NCBI RefSeq assembly: GCF_030684315.1
Contig: NC_081391.1
Span: 13,741,342 to 13,805,341 of the forward strand
Direction of reading: 5' to 3'
Length of the DNA: 64,000 nucleotides
Source of the DNA: Stegostoma tigrinum
Lineage: Eukaryota
In this document: piece by piece, positions 35,901-49,387 of the stretch
How positions within the stretch are numbered: position 1 is the first letter of the stretch
Layout of the letters: each line of letters opens with the position of its first letter
Position numbers and translations under genes: made by a program
The notes under the pieces: generated by a model
Told to the model about the DNA's origin: nothing
The model's database searches: none
What the model saw: the letters and a program-made list of their open reading frames with translations, nothing else

Positions 35901-38073
35901 AAATTCCAGAATCAGCGTGGAGGCCGAGTCTTCCTCCAGGATGTGAAGGTTGGAGTTGGGTGGGGTGGGGAATGGGATGGTAATGGCTGCTCTTGTGGTG
36001 TGGTTTCAAGTCAGTGACAAGGTTTTCATTTGAGTCAAAACTTTGTTCAGCCTGTTTGATCTCCTTTTTGAAGCCAGTGTGGAAAGAAGCCCTTTGGCCC
36101 ACCATGTCTATGCTGACCCCACAAACACTAACAACATTAATCCCACTTACCTGCCCTTGGTCCACAGGCCACTGTCCTGGCACTAAGTATTTGTCCAGCT
36201 GGACCCTAAACTGATCTGGAGTAGCTGTCTCCACCACCATCCAACCCTTTATGTGGTTCATCTCATATTTCAAACAGCCCCTCAGAGGGGTGGGGGTGGG
36301 GTGAAGTTTCCTCCAATCCCCTCTAACCTGCTTACTCCTCAAACCTGGTTTCTCTCCTGTCTTGGTGTCTGCCATGGGAAGACATTCCATCAACTGGCCA
36401 CTCTCTATTCTTCAATTACATCAGGTCACTCCCTCAGCTGTTCCTGCTCCACAGAAAATCCCAGCCTATCTAACCTCCAATCAATGGATCTTGGGCAACA
36501 GCCTGGGGAACCTCACCAGCTTCCCCCTGCAGTGCCATCCTGTCCAGGTGACTGGTGAGGCCAAAGAGGAATAATGTGGTGACCAGAAAAACAAACTGAG
36601 AAGACTGGTCCCCTTCCTGTTCCACCCCCACCAAACTAATAGAGGTTGCTTGCCCTCTGTCACTGTTACACCCTGTTGACCTTGTCTGAACTTTGAGGGA
36701 TCTATGGTTGTGGGCCTTTCTTAACTGTTAGCAGCACAACACACTTTGCAAACACCTCGCTGTCCCTTTGATGAATTAAATAGCTGTGATGTTTCTGATC
36801 ATCCTGCTCAGGCATGTATGAAGCCACCAGCACAAGTGGTACTTGAACCTTGGCCTTGTCAGCCAGAGACAGGGGCACTACCACTGTACCATGACAGCAT
36901 TTAGGATTCACTCGTGAATATCCTCGCAATTCCATCAGATGGACCCTGATGCAAATCTTGTCATTATCCCCCACAATGACCTGTTATTCACCTTCCTCCT
37001 TCAGATCAAGGACCGACAGGCAAGGTGAAAGCAATTCTGAAGGAACTGTTCTTCAGCTGTGCTCCAGGGCTCCCTCAGGGGCTAGCAGTGTTCTCAGTGC
37101 TAGGGACACAGGTCTGGATCTGGCCTCTGGTGAGGGACTGGTGTTGACATGTCCTCCCCATGTCTGCGTTGGTGTCCTCAGAGTATAAGAGGATTGGCCA
37201 TCTGAAATGCAGGGTTACAGGAATAGGGTGGGAGAAGGACGAGTTGGGATCCTCTTCAGAGCAGTTACAGACTGATCCACGTTGTAGAGATTCTGAAGCT
37301 TAACTGTCCTTCTTTTCCCTCCTCCAGAAGCCAGAGAGGGATGAGTGGGGTAACAGCCTGCAGGCAATGCAGGTTGCCCTGGATCTGGAGAAGAATGTGA
37401 ACCAGAGTTTGTTGGATCTACACCAAGTCGCCACAGCCCAGACTGACCCTCATGTAAGCTTCACCTCCTCATTGACTTCACTGCTAGGCCCTCAGGGCAA
37501 CACGTTCATTGGTTGGTCTTTTGTGGATTAGAAATTCAGTTAGACTTTGTTTTTGTGCAGATGACATGGATCACTTCAGATCCATAGTGATTACAAAATC
37601 ATTGCTGAGCAGTTGACTCCAAGTCTGTATTTTAACTTGTAAACCTGTGGGGAGGACTGAGGCGATATTGGTGACTGAATTCTCATTCAGGGCCACTGCA
37701 GTGGAATGACTTTTATCCATCACAAGTCAACTCTGCTCCAGTAAATAAACAGCAAGATGAAGCAGCTAAAAAGCAGTTGTCCTCTTTGCACAATTTCTCC
37801 AGGCGTTGGCTCTAGTCATCCCTGACAATCTCCCTCCATATGCATGTTTTTCAGTGGGGATTCTGACGTTTTCTTGGATAGTGTTAATGTACCAAGTGTC
37901 ATATTCCTCTGTTGCAGCTGTGTGACTTCCTGGAGACCCACTATTTGGATGAGGAGGTGAGGATCATCAAGCAACTTGGGGACTACATCACCAACCTGAA
38001 GCGCCTGGGAGCCCCTGAGAATGGGATGGGAGAGTACCTGTTTGACAGGCTCTCCCTGGAGGACAGCAGTTAG
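32921..38073 (+). CDS. Ferritin subunit, copy E (4 exons, 176 aa); apparently intact
   Basis: Exons 32921-33022, 35802-35948, 37328-37453, 37918-38073, all [17 protein letters not shown] and [16 protein letters not shown] at 38200-38205. Confidence 0.92.
33518..34290 (+). mobile_element. 5'-truncated degenerate CR1 LINE in intron 1 of copy E
   Basis: Highly similar to 514-1333 (GGCTGAGAGGTGGCAAATGGAGTTTAATGCAGAC...GTGTAGGTTAGATGGGCTT...TGTTCTATG tail), with many indels. Confidence 0.88.
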
Positions 38074-40599
38074 TGTGGCCTGGAGTACTGTCTGCTTGTC
38101 TGAATGCATTCCCCACTTCACCCTGGCCAATCTGTCTCTCTCCAGGGAGAAAGGACTTTGAGCAAAGAATGTAATGGCTGTACCAGCCGAATGGAAATGA
38201 ATAAAATGATCTCTTGTTCTCAGTTACTGTGCATCATTTTGAGACCACTGATACCTCTTTGGTCAAGCAAGCTTTCTTGCCTCACTTCACCACTGCTTTT
38301 CCCCAAACCCCTGTGGACAGACTCCAGGCCTATGGGAGCCAGTTGGGGTTCAAATGGGGCCTGTGACCGACCCTGATGACAACCATCAACTAGTGGCCCT
38401 GCTGACCAGTTCACTTTGTCACTGAAGTCTGCTGCTCCTCCCAGGGGACCTTGGGTTTTCTAAACTTTCTTGGTTCACTGCATAGATTTGTTTTTCCCCC
38501 AGAAGGAATCCAAAATTCCTTCAAGTGGCTTCCTCAGTTTGTTGCTTTCTTTCCTCCGCCCAGGGCTCAAGCCCTCCCCATAACTGGAAGTCCACCAGCC
38601 CTGAGCTGGGGGAAATTCAGCCCAAACATTCTGAACAGTCACATTCCAGAGAATCATCTCCAGATTCTCTGGGGCTACTTGATTGATAGTGGATGCTCTT
38701 TATACCATAAATACAAGGATTGGTGACCTGGGGCTTGGATGATTGCCCATGGTTCAAAATACTCACATTTGGTTTATGCTTGCAGCTACAACTGGCCTCT
38801 GACTGTTGAAGGGTTTGTACAAAAAGCTTCTACCTTGGTTCTTGGAACCTTTCCATGGGCTGATGAAATTTTTTTTGACCCAGTGAGGGAGCAGGGATTT
38901 CTGGGGAAGATGGGGGCTGTCTCCTTCAGTCAAGATGCCTGGACATGCTGATTTTCCTGTACAGCTGTTTCCTTGATCATTCAAGGTGTCTGATCATGGG
39001 TTAGGGAGGGGGTGATCAGAGACAGCCCGGAGATTATCTTGAGTTTTGGCACAAGTGCACACTGTAGCCTTAGGAAGAGTGTGGGTCATTAAGGTACTGA
39101 ATAGATTTGTTCCATCACAAAAATCCTTGTTGTTTGGCCCAGTCTCTATCCTTGGTGATAGAATCCCTGCTCTCTGGCAAGAGGCCATTTGACCCAGGTA
39201 GCATCAACCTTCTGACCAGAATCCTGCTCAGTCCCACCCCAGTCCTTTAACCCTGTGTCTTCCCCATGGCTAATCCAGCTTGCCCCTTGTCAATATCACC
39301 AACTTAGCATTCCCTATCCACTTGACCAGCAAATAGTTCAGATGGTGGGTGGGAAACCAAACAGACACTGTAAATGTACAAACTCCCCAGGGTGCCCTAA
39401 GGCTGTAATAAATCCCATGTCGCTGTGAGGTAAGTGTTCGCTACTGAGACACTGTCTGACCCGAAAGTACCGAACAAAGGAATATGCTGTTGCATACTGT
39501 CAGAGTCCTACAGCAGAGATACAGGTTGTTTGGCTCAAACCGTCCAGGTCGAGCAGTGTTCCAAATCTGAACTAGTTGTGTTTGCCCCATATCCCTCAAC
39601 CAGTCCTTTCCCTGGAAATCACCAAATGTCTTTTAACAACTGCAATTGCACCTACTTCTCGTGCTTTATGTAGCCACTCATTCTTGACATAAACCATTTT
39701 CTGTGGGGCAAAGCTGTTCTTCAGCTTCCCTCCCTCTCCACCCCCCTTCCCCCCCCCCCCCAAACACCACATGCCTGTGTGTGAAAACATTACCCCTACC
39801 ACCCCTAGTTTTGGACTCCACGACCCTGTCCCAGCATGCTTACTGTATGCAGTCAATCGTGAGTCTGCCAAGGGCAAGGCCACATTTAGTGCTCAGCAAG
39901 TGTTACACTTCAGGAGGTGGTGATGAGCTGGTCATTACAGTCCCCCTGGTGTAGGAGAGACCGGAATGATAATGCTGCCGAGGAAGGGCTTCTGGGATTT
40001 TCATTCGCAAACAGGAATATTTTCCCAAGTCAGGATGGTGACAGACTTAAATGGAGCTCCATTGCGTGTTGTTGGTGCTGCCTCCAGCCAGAACATTGAA
40101 AACTGTTCCAGCATTACTCACTCCGAACTTCAGTCTTATTGATGGTGGACCGGCTTTGGAAAGTTAGAAGTTGTGTAATCACAACAGAATTCCCTGCCTC
40201 TGACTTCCCAATTTTTGAGTTGTTCACTCTACAGAATGCAATGAAAACTGTAACAGATACTGTCACCTTGGAAACATGCTGGCGTTAAGCGCTGATTCAA
40301 CTTCAACAATGAAAAACCAAACATGGAGACAGAAATGTTCAACGTGCGATACGTTTCTAGCAGCACCTGAGACACAGAACCCTGCGGCCTACTGTGTATA
40401 AGAGGCACTCAGCACATTTAGCATCTTGCTTTTCAAACTGGGCTTCATGCGACCCTAAGTCACGCTGATCACAGCAGATTCAGAATGGATCTACAAAGGA
40501 CATCGGTTGCCTGTATCAGACGATCCAAAAGCACGTTATTCTGTTGCTGCACAGAAATAGGAAAATGTTCATATCAACCAAATCAGGGCATTTTACAAA

Positions 40600-42032
40600 G
40601 ATGAGGATTGCAAATGTGGTTCCCCTGTGCAAGAAGGGGAGTAGAGACAACCCTGGTAATTGTAGACCAGTCAGCCTTACCTCAGTTGTTGGGAAAGTGT
40701 TGAAAAAGGTTATAAGGGATAGGATTTATAATTATCTAGAAAAGAATAAATTGGTTAGGGATAGTCAGCACGGTTTTGTGAAGGGAAGGTCGTGCCTCAC
40801 AAACCTTATTGAGTTCTTTCAGAAGGTGAGCAAACAGGTATTTGAGAGTAAACCGGTTGATGTGGTGCATATGGATTTCAGCAAGTCGTTCGATTAGGTT
40901 CGCCACAGTAGGCTATTGTACAAAATGCGGAGGAATGGAATTGTGGGAGATATAGCAGTTTGGATCGGAAATTGGCTTGCTGAAAGAAGACAGAGGGTGG
41001 TAGTTGATGGGAAATGTTCATCCTGGAGACCAGTTACTAGTGGTGTACTGCAAGGGTCGGTGTTGGGTCCACTGCTGTTTGTCATTTTTATAAATGACCT
41101 GGATGAGTTTGTAGAAGGATGGGTTAGTAAATTTGCAGACGACACTAAGGTCAGTGGAGTTGTGGACAGTGACGAAGGATGCTGTAGGTCGCAGAGAGAC
41201 ATAGATAAGCTGCAGAGCTGGGCTGAGAAGTGGCAAATGGAGTTTAATGCAGACAGGTGTGAGGTGATGCACTTTTGTAGGAGTAACTGGAAGGCAAAGT
41301 ACAGGGCTAATGGTAAGATTCTTGGTGGTGTAGATGAGCAGAGAGATCTCGGTGTCCATGTACACAGATCCTTGAAAGTTGCCACCCAGGTTGACAGGGT
41401 GGTTGAGAAGGCATACAATGTTTTGGCTTTTATTAATAGAGGGATTGAGTTCCAGAACCAAGAGGTTATGGCGAAGCTGTACAAAACTCTGGTTAGGCCG
41501 CACTTGGAGTATTGTGTACAGTTCTGGTCACCCCATTATAAGAAGGATGTAGAAGCTTTGGAAAGGGTGCAGAGGAGATTTACTAGGATGTTGCCTGGTA
41601 TGGAGGGAAGGTCTTAAGAGGAAATGCTGAGGGACTTGAGGCTGTTTTCATTCGAGAGAAGAAGGCTGAGAGGTGACTTAATTGAAACATATGAAATAAT
41701 TAGAGGGTTGGATAAGGAGAGCCTTTTTCCTAGGATGGTGACAGCGAGCACGAGGGGGCATTGCTTTAAATTGAGGTGTGAACGATATAGGACAGATTTC
41801 AGAGGTAGTTTCTCTACTCAGAGTAGTGAGGGAATGGAACGCTTTGCCTGCAACGGTCGTAGATTCGCCAACTTTAGGTACATTTGAGTCGTCATTGGAC
41901 GAGCATCTGGACGTACATGGAATAGTGTAGGTTAGATGGGCTTCATATCGGTATGACTGGTCGGCACAACATCGAGGGCCGAAGGGCCTGTACTGTGCTG
42001 TAATGTTCTATGTTTTATGTTCTATATTCTAT
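40600..42032 (+). mobile_element. CR1-clade LINE, 5'-truncated (paralogue of 1-1333)
   Basis: ORFs 40544-40897, 40916-41617 and 41624-41887 with RT motifs ([25 protein letters not shown]). TTCTATG-type tail. Inserted in the conserved upstream motif CATTTTTCAAA|GAGCTCCAAC that is uninterrupted at ~32450-32470. Confidence 0.93.
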
Positions 42033-42216
42033 GGCTCCAACACCAATGTTCAAAAGTTATGACGACTATTCCCTCAGATTAACAATCCGACGAAATTGTG
42101 CAAATCTGTGATGACTGAGTCTTAACGCACAACCTCAGATACACAAGTGAAGGTTTAGAGTATATTTTATTGTCATTTTCTGGCAAATACATTTACAGAA
42201 TGTGCACTTGTACAGG

Positions 42217-42404
42217 AGGTCAAAGCTCATTCAGCAATTCCATCATCGACCAGTTGTCAACTGTGTTTCGTTTCTGGATCCAGTTCCCATCCTGCACTGA
42301 TTGGACGTGGCAGCTGATCAACTGATCATCAAGAGTGATTGGCCATCACTGATGATGTCATTTCCTGCTTCATAAAAAGAGGGTCTGCCCCTGGGGTATA
42401 AATA
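42217..42404 (+). promoter_or_regulatory. Proximal promoter of ferritin copy A'
   Basis: AGGTCAAAGCTCA 42217-42229, two ATTGG, TGATGTCATTTCCTG, TATAAATA 42397-42404. Confidence 0.72.
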
Positions 42405-42489
42405 GAGTCCCACGGGAATGATGTTGATTGTTCTTCCTAATTTTGTTATTTTGGTGGTGAGGAAAATAAAAGAAATTTATTGTCACAAG

Positions 42490-45400
42490 ATGGCCTCCCA
42501 GATCAGTCAGAACTATCACCAGGATTGTGAAGCTGCTGTCAACAAGCAGATTAATGTGGAGCTCACTGCCTCCTATCTCTATCAGTCTTTGGTGAGTGCT
42601 GTCTCTCGGGGTTAAACATATAAATCTGTTCTGTTGAAGTAAATTCTTTGCCTGGCCTCTAGTGAAGCTGACAATCTAGTAGATTGAGGTTTTGTGGCTC
42701 CTACCTAAATATCAGTTCAGGATAGAGGTGGTGTTACTATCACGATGGTGTAGGATACTGATGTATGTTAACTCAGGTCCCAGTTGGCCTTCAGTGGTAT
42801 CTGGAGGGTAAAAGCCTCTTGCTTTTGTTTTCTTTCTGACACAAGTTTCCTGACTTCATTTGCCTGATCTCTGTGGTGGTCCTAAACAAACATGCTGATT
42901 TTTTTTAACACTGACAATAACAATAGCTTCCCTGTTGCAGTGGCCCTTGTTAGTCTGAAAAAACCTGAGGCTAGTCTGTGACTGGTATCTATTTTATGTA
43001 GATCTCCTTCATTGAGGCTGACTTGGCTTTACTTGTATTTATTGAAGATGTGGGTGTGGCCTATCCCGTCCCTACTGAGAGTTGATCTGCCGTGTGTGAG
43101 AAATGTTGGATCCCCTCTCTGCCCCCTCTCCTCCCCACCCCACCCCACACTGGGGCTGCGGGAATGTGCTGAGGCTATTAGCCCAGTGACATTGAAGAAA
43201 TGGAGGTTGTTCCCATATCACTTAGCTTGACCTAAAACAAAATGTCCCCTCTATCCCGGTGGTGATGTGACTGTGCCCTTCCAAGGAGTAGAATGTGCTT
43301 GGAAGGTATGTGTTGAAGTAACCTTGGTGAGTGCTGCAGGGGACCTGGTAGGTAATGGACCCTGAAAGGAGGTGGTGAATGCAGTCCCCATGAAGTGGGC
43401 TGCCCTGTCCTGGATGGTGTCTGCTTCTTGCATGTTGTAGTTCCCCTTCTACAGACACATGGGGAATATTCATCTCTCTCTGGGCTTGTGCCTATTGGAA
43501 GGAAGTTGTCTTGTAATGAGGACTAAGTCCCTATAAGCCTCACTTGGGAGGTGGGACTGCTTTATTGGTGAGCCAGTTGGTGGGGTTTTATCACTGTGTC
43601 CCAACTCTATTGGCACATGCTTCCCAAGGATAAAATCCCGACTATCTTCTGCCACAACTTGTAACTACCCACTGAAACCACAGATATTTGCTTGCCTGAC
43701 TGTGGTTTTTGGATTTGAGGATTAAAGTAACTTTTCAGGAGTCCTTCCCCAGAATGTAATTCTTAGCTGATGCTTCCAATAGCGAGCATTAGCTCTTAAA
43801 CCCTTACATCGAATTGTGAACATGACAGTTTAGATATGAGTCACATGGGCTGAAAACCTACAGGATTTTTTGCCTGTTTGGGCAAAGTCAGGGCAAGTGT
43901 TTTTCCAGGTTACTGTTTTCACTAGTGACGTTATGTACAGGCCACTAATATTTGACATTTGATCATTTGTTTTGCAATTTGTTTCAGTCATGTGACTTAG
44001 TGCAAGTTTTTGACAGCCTGAGTTTGCACTATTTAGGCAGAGCAATAACCCACTGCTGCAACGATCCAAAGGCTGTTACTGGGCAGGCTTTCCTCGGCAT
44101 TATCTTAGTGCCAAACTCCATACTGGAGACAGCACACCTTTGTAGAGTTCATGTGTACACTTACATCACAATCTCATTGATCCTGGATTTGCAGAAAACA
44201 TGCTCCCTACCAGTCGTTGACTACAGCAGGGTTTCAACATCTTTTTTTCCAGTTTTCCCCAAAGGCAAAACATAGTACCTTGCGTCTTGTAGTTGAGGAC
44301 TGGAATGGGGAGTGAGCCAGTGATGTCTGATGTAATTTTAACTTGATCTTCCAGATGTCCTACTTTGACCAGGACGATGTTGCCCTCGCCCATTTCTCCC
44401 GGTTCTTCAAAGATCAGTCCCAGGAGAAGCAGGAACATGCAGAAAAGCTGCTGAAATTCCAGAATCAGCGTGGAGGCCGAGTCCTCCTCCAGGATGTGAA
44501 GGTTGGGGTTGGGTGGTGGGGGAGTGCAGGGGGGAATGGCTGCTCTTGCGGTGTCATCTCCAGTGACAAGATTTTCAGATCCTGAGCGAGTGTGAGAAGT
44601 TCTTTTACTTGGCTTCCCTGTTTGCTCTCCTCCATCTCCAGTGTTTCAGCATTTATGCAAGCCCTCTGGTCCACCAGGCCTATGCTGACCCAGCAAAGAC
44701 CGAACTGTACTCACCCTGTTCTTGGTCCAGGCCCTACTATACCCTAGTGTTTAGCACTCGCCCAGCTAGTCCTTTAAACAGTGCTGCAGTAGCCATTTCC
44801 AGCACTTCGTTCCTCCGTTCCCCAACACACCCACCAAATTTCCTCCAATCCCCTCTATCCTGCTTCCTCAAACCTGTGCCCTCTGGTCTTCGTGTCTGCC
44901 ATGGGGAAGACATTTTCCCCATCTACTGTCCAGACTTCCTTGTCTTCCATCAAACAACCACCTCAGCCTCACCTGCTCAAAGGAAAACCCCCAGCCCATC
45001 CAATCTCTCTCCTCAATGGATTTTCTGTCTTGGGGAAACAACCTGGGGACCCTCACCAGCACCCCCTGCAGTAGCATCCTGTCCTTCTGACCAGTGAGGC
45101 CAACGATAGAATGCAGCAGAGACAGGAAGAACAATTTTCATAAAATGTGTTCAAAGGACTTGTCCCTGTGCTGTTCCTCACAACCCTGCCCCAAACTAAC
45201 ACATGTTACTTGGCCTATGTTCCCTTTCACACACAGTTTGCCTTGTGTGAGCATTGAGGGATCGATGATCCTGTGTTTATTGTAAGCACATTACTGCCCC
45301 CGACAATGAATTCAAGTAATGATGGTTCTGACCATGCTGCTCGGGCATGTATGAGGCCACAAGCACAAGTGAGACTTGAACCTCAGCCTTGTCAACTGGA

Positions 45401-46654
45401 GCTTGGGACATGACCGCTACTTCCCCCACAGCCCGTGGGATTCACTCCTGAATATCCTTTTTAAGACTCCAGCTGATGGACACTGGTGCAAATGACTAAT
45501 CTGGTACATATTTATTCCCTGTGGTACAAGGATACGTTCCTGAGCTTCCGGCTTCAGGTCAAGGATAAATGGGGCAAGGTGAAAGGAGTCACCAAGTAGC
45601 TAATGCTTTCTTTATCTGGACTTCAGGGATGGCACAGTGGCTCAGTGGTTGGCACTGTTGACACAGTGCCAGGGGCACCAGTTTGGTTCTGGCCTGTGAC
45701 GAGAATATAAACGTTATCCCAAAGCATGGCTTCCCCACACAGTAGAAAAGAGGATTGGCAACTTGAAATGCAGGTTACACGAACAGGGTGGGAATGGGAC
45801 CAGATGGGATGCTCTTCAGCAGTTATGGTCTCAATGGGGTGAATGGCCAGCTCCCATGCTGCAGGGATTCTGTTTCTGAAGCTTACCTGTCCTTCTCTCC
45901 ATCCCCAGAAGCCAGAGAGGGACGAGTGGGGTAACAGCCTGCAGGCAATGCAGGTTGCCCTGGATCTGGAGAAGAATGTGAACCAGAGTTTGCTGGATCT
46001 ACACCAACTCGCCACAGCCCAGACTGACCCTCATGTAAGCTTCACCTCCTCATTCACATCACTGCTAGACTCTCAGGGTCATGTTTCATTGGTTGGTCTG
46101 TGTGGATTGGAAATTCACTGATGTAACACTTTCCATCCATTACTTTCCTGAACTATTGTAACATTGATCACTTGGGATCATACTGATTACAATGAGTTAA
46201 AAGGGGAATTTGATCTCTAATCTAGTGGAAGTGCTGAAATGACGTTGGCCATTGAGTTCTTCATTCGTATCATTGCAGTGGAATGATCATTGTCCATCAC
46301 AATCCAACTCAGCTCCATTTCACAAACAGCAAGATGGAGCAGCTGACATGTTGTCCTCACTGGCACAAATTCTCCAGGTGTTAGCTCGCTTTTCAGGGCT
46401 GTCCAGAGCTAGTCATGGCTAAGTCTGTCTTGCAGTGGGAATTCTGAAATTGTCTTGGATAGTATAAATGTACCAAGTGTCATATTCCTCTGTTGCAGCT
46501 GTGTGACTTCCTGGAGACTCACTATTTGGATGAGGAGGTGGAGATCATCAAGCAACTCGGGGACTACATCACCAACCTGAAGCGCCTGGGAGCCCCTGAG
46601 AATGGGATGGGAGAGTACCTGTTTGACAGGCTCTCCCTGGAGGACAGCAGTTAG
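42490..46654 (+). CDS. Ferritin subunit, copy A' (4 exons, 176 aa); apparently intact
   Basis: Exons 42490-42591, 44355-44501, 45909-46034, 46499-46654, all GT-AG, no stops. Confidence 0.92.
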
Positions 46655-49387
46655 TGTGGCCTGGAGTACGGTCTGAATGCATTCCCTACTTCACCCTGGG
46701 CAATCTGTCTCCTTCCAGGGAGAAGGGGCTTGGAGCAAACCATGTAATGGCTGTACCAGCTGAATGGAAATGAATACAATGTATTGATGTTGCTTATTGT
46801 CCATCATTGAGACCCTTGATATTAAAGAGCTTTTGAGAGCTTCAAGCCTGTAATTTTGGCTAATGAAATTATTAATTTGACAAAATATTTCCCTGGTCTT
46901 CCCTCCAGCACCACCCCAGCATCAGTCTCGGAATTCCCGTGGAACTTCCTCTAAGTTAGGAACCCAAGTTATTCCTCCACCCAGAACTTGAGGTTGGGGC
47001 CTGTGGGGTATAAAATCAGTTTGTACTATTATCTCACACCCAGGTATGATGAATACAGGTGCAGTTAAAATTTTCATTGCTCTCAAAAGAGAAAACACCC
47101 TTGCTTGGCTGAAAGAAAGACTTGACACCCACTTTCATTGAAACAGGGCTGTTGGATGCTTTATGTTCATGTCTAGTTTGCTTAGCAATAGCTTCCCTGT
47201 CAATCTCCACCAACCGAGACTTATTGCTAAAATCCACACAAATCACAAGTTGATGCCAACGTAAATTCTGTGCGAGCTGGCTCAGCTTGCCTCAAAACGA
47301 GCTTAAGGGAAGAGATCCAGCAGCGTCCCCCCTCTAGCCTTGTGGAGGAACCAGCAATGCTGGGAGCAATAATATTAAACGTAGCAACTGGGATCTGACT
47401 CACCTGGTCTATTCTATTCAAATCAATGTTATTACTTTTTCCTGACAGTGCATCCTAGATTCACTGAGACCCAGTTGAGGTTCAAGCCAAGACCAGCCCT
47501 GTGGCCTCCTGACCCCCACCACCAACTGCCTGCCTCAGGACAGCCATCAGCAGTTGCTCACAATGACCAGTTCATTTGTTCCTTCGCCTGAGGAACGTGC
47601 GCTGCTCTCCCAGGCGATATGGATTAAATACCCATTGTAGCTCGACAAGAAAGCTCACACTGGGGGAACCATTTCCCAGGAGTAATCCAAAGCTGTCCTA
47701 ATGTGGCTTTGCTCCATTTACTTCCTTGCTCTCTGCCAAGTCTTGGTCAAAAACCCCACCACGCCTAGTAATAAACTTTAGGCCTGCCAGCCAAGAGATG
47801 GGAATATTCAGCACAAGTCTGCTTGAAAAAATTCACCTGAACTGGATGCGCTTAATGGCACCGACAGCAGGATAACAGTGACCTGGGAATGACACAGCAA
47901 CGCTCCTGGTTAAATGCTGCCATTTGATTGGCTCTTGCTGCTGAAGCCTGCTTTGAGCGCACTCAGCTGCTCCCTTGGTCCCTCTGAGCTTCCCCCACGG
48001 GGAGGGTTACTCCTGATGCAGGTTGATTTCACCCGATCACATTGAAGGAGCAGTGTGACTCAGGGAGGAGACCTGCAGATGCTGACCTTCCTGAATGGCT
48101 GCTTCCTTTATCTTTCGAGGTGTCAGAGATCGTGGTTTAGGGAGGGGGCTGTCAGAGACATCCTGGGGAATGTTTCAGGGAGTTTTGTAGCGAGTGCACA
48201 CTGCAGCCTTCACTGAGGGTGTGGGTCTTTAAGGCACTGAATGTATTTGTTCCACCACGTAGAGTTTTATTTTAAACCATCTTGAGTCTTGGGTGTAGAA
48301 TCCCTGCAGTGCGGGAAGAGGTTGTTCAGCCCATTTAGTCTGCACTGATCCTCTGAAGAAGTTGTTCAGCCCATTTAGTCTGCACTGATCCTCTGAACAG
48401 CATCTTGTTCAGACACACCCTGCCTTCTTACGCCATCTTTCCCACGGCCAGTCCAAAATAAACTGCATGTCTTTGGACTGTGGGAGGAGGCCCACACGGG
48501 CACGGGGAGGATGTGCAGCCTCCACACGTGACTGGAATTGACCCCAGGTCCCTGGCACTATGAGGCAGTAATGCTGACCATTAAAATACCCTGCCATCCA
48601 AAAGTTACAAAAAACAGGAACACTCTGTTGCATAGAATTAGAGTGAATGACTCATTTCTTACGGAAACAGACCCTTCGGTCCTACCGGTCCATGCTGACG
48701 AGGTTTCCCAACCTGACATAGTCCCACTTGCCTGCCTTTGGCCCATATCCTTCTAAACCATGCCTTTCCATGTAAATCTCCAAATGTCACTTAAAATGTT
48801 GTAATTCTAACTACTTCCACCACTGTCTCTGACAGCTCGTTCTAAACATACACACCACCTTCTGTATGAAAATGTTGCCCCTCATGTCCCCATCAAATCT
48901 TACCCCTCTCCCCTCAAACCGATGCTCTCTAATTTTGGACCCCCCCCCGACCCTGTCCCAGCATGCTTTTTATATACAGTCAATCTGGAGTGTGCCAATG
49001 GCAAGGCTACATTTAGTGCTCAGCAACTGTTACACTTCAGGAGGTGGTGATGAGCTGCTTATTACAGTCCACCTGGTGTAGGAGAGACCGGAATGATGCT
49101 GCTGCTGTTGCTGAGGAGGGACTTCTGGGATCTCCACTCACAAACACTGATATTATTCCAAGTGAGGATGGTGACGGATTTACTTGGAGCTGCATCAGTG
49201 TCACTGGGGCGGCATTGAGCTGGAAAATTGCAAACTACTCCAGCATTATTCCCAACTTCAGTCTTATCGATGGTGGACAGACTCTGGAAAGTCTGAAGTA
49301 GAGTTATTCACAACAGAATTCCCAGACTCTGACTTGGTCTCAAAGCCATGAGCACATGAATTAGGACTGACCTCTGCCCATGGTTTC

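Noticed and set aside
35854-36393. 179-aa minus-strand ORF overlapping exon 2 of copy E
   Set aside because: Runs through decayed LINE-like intronic sequence and antisense exon, and is not conserved in the other copies.
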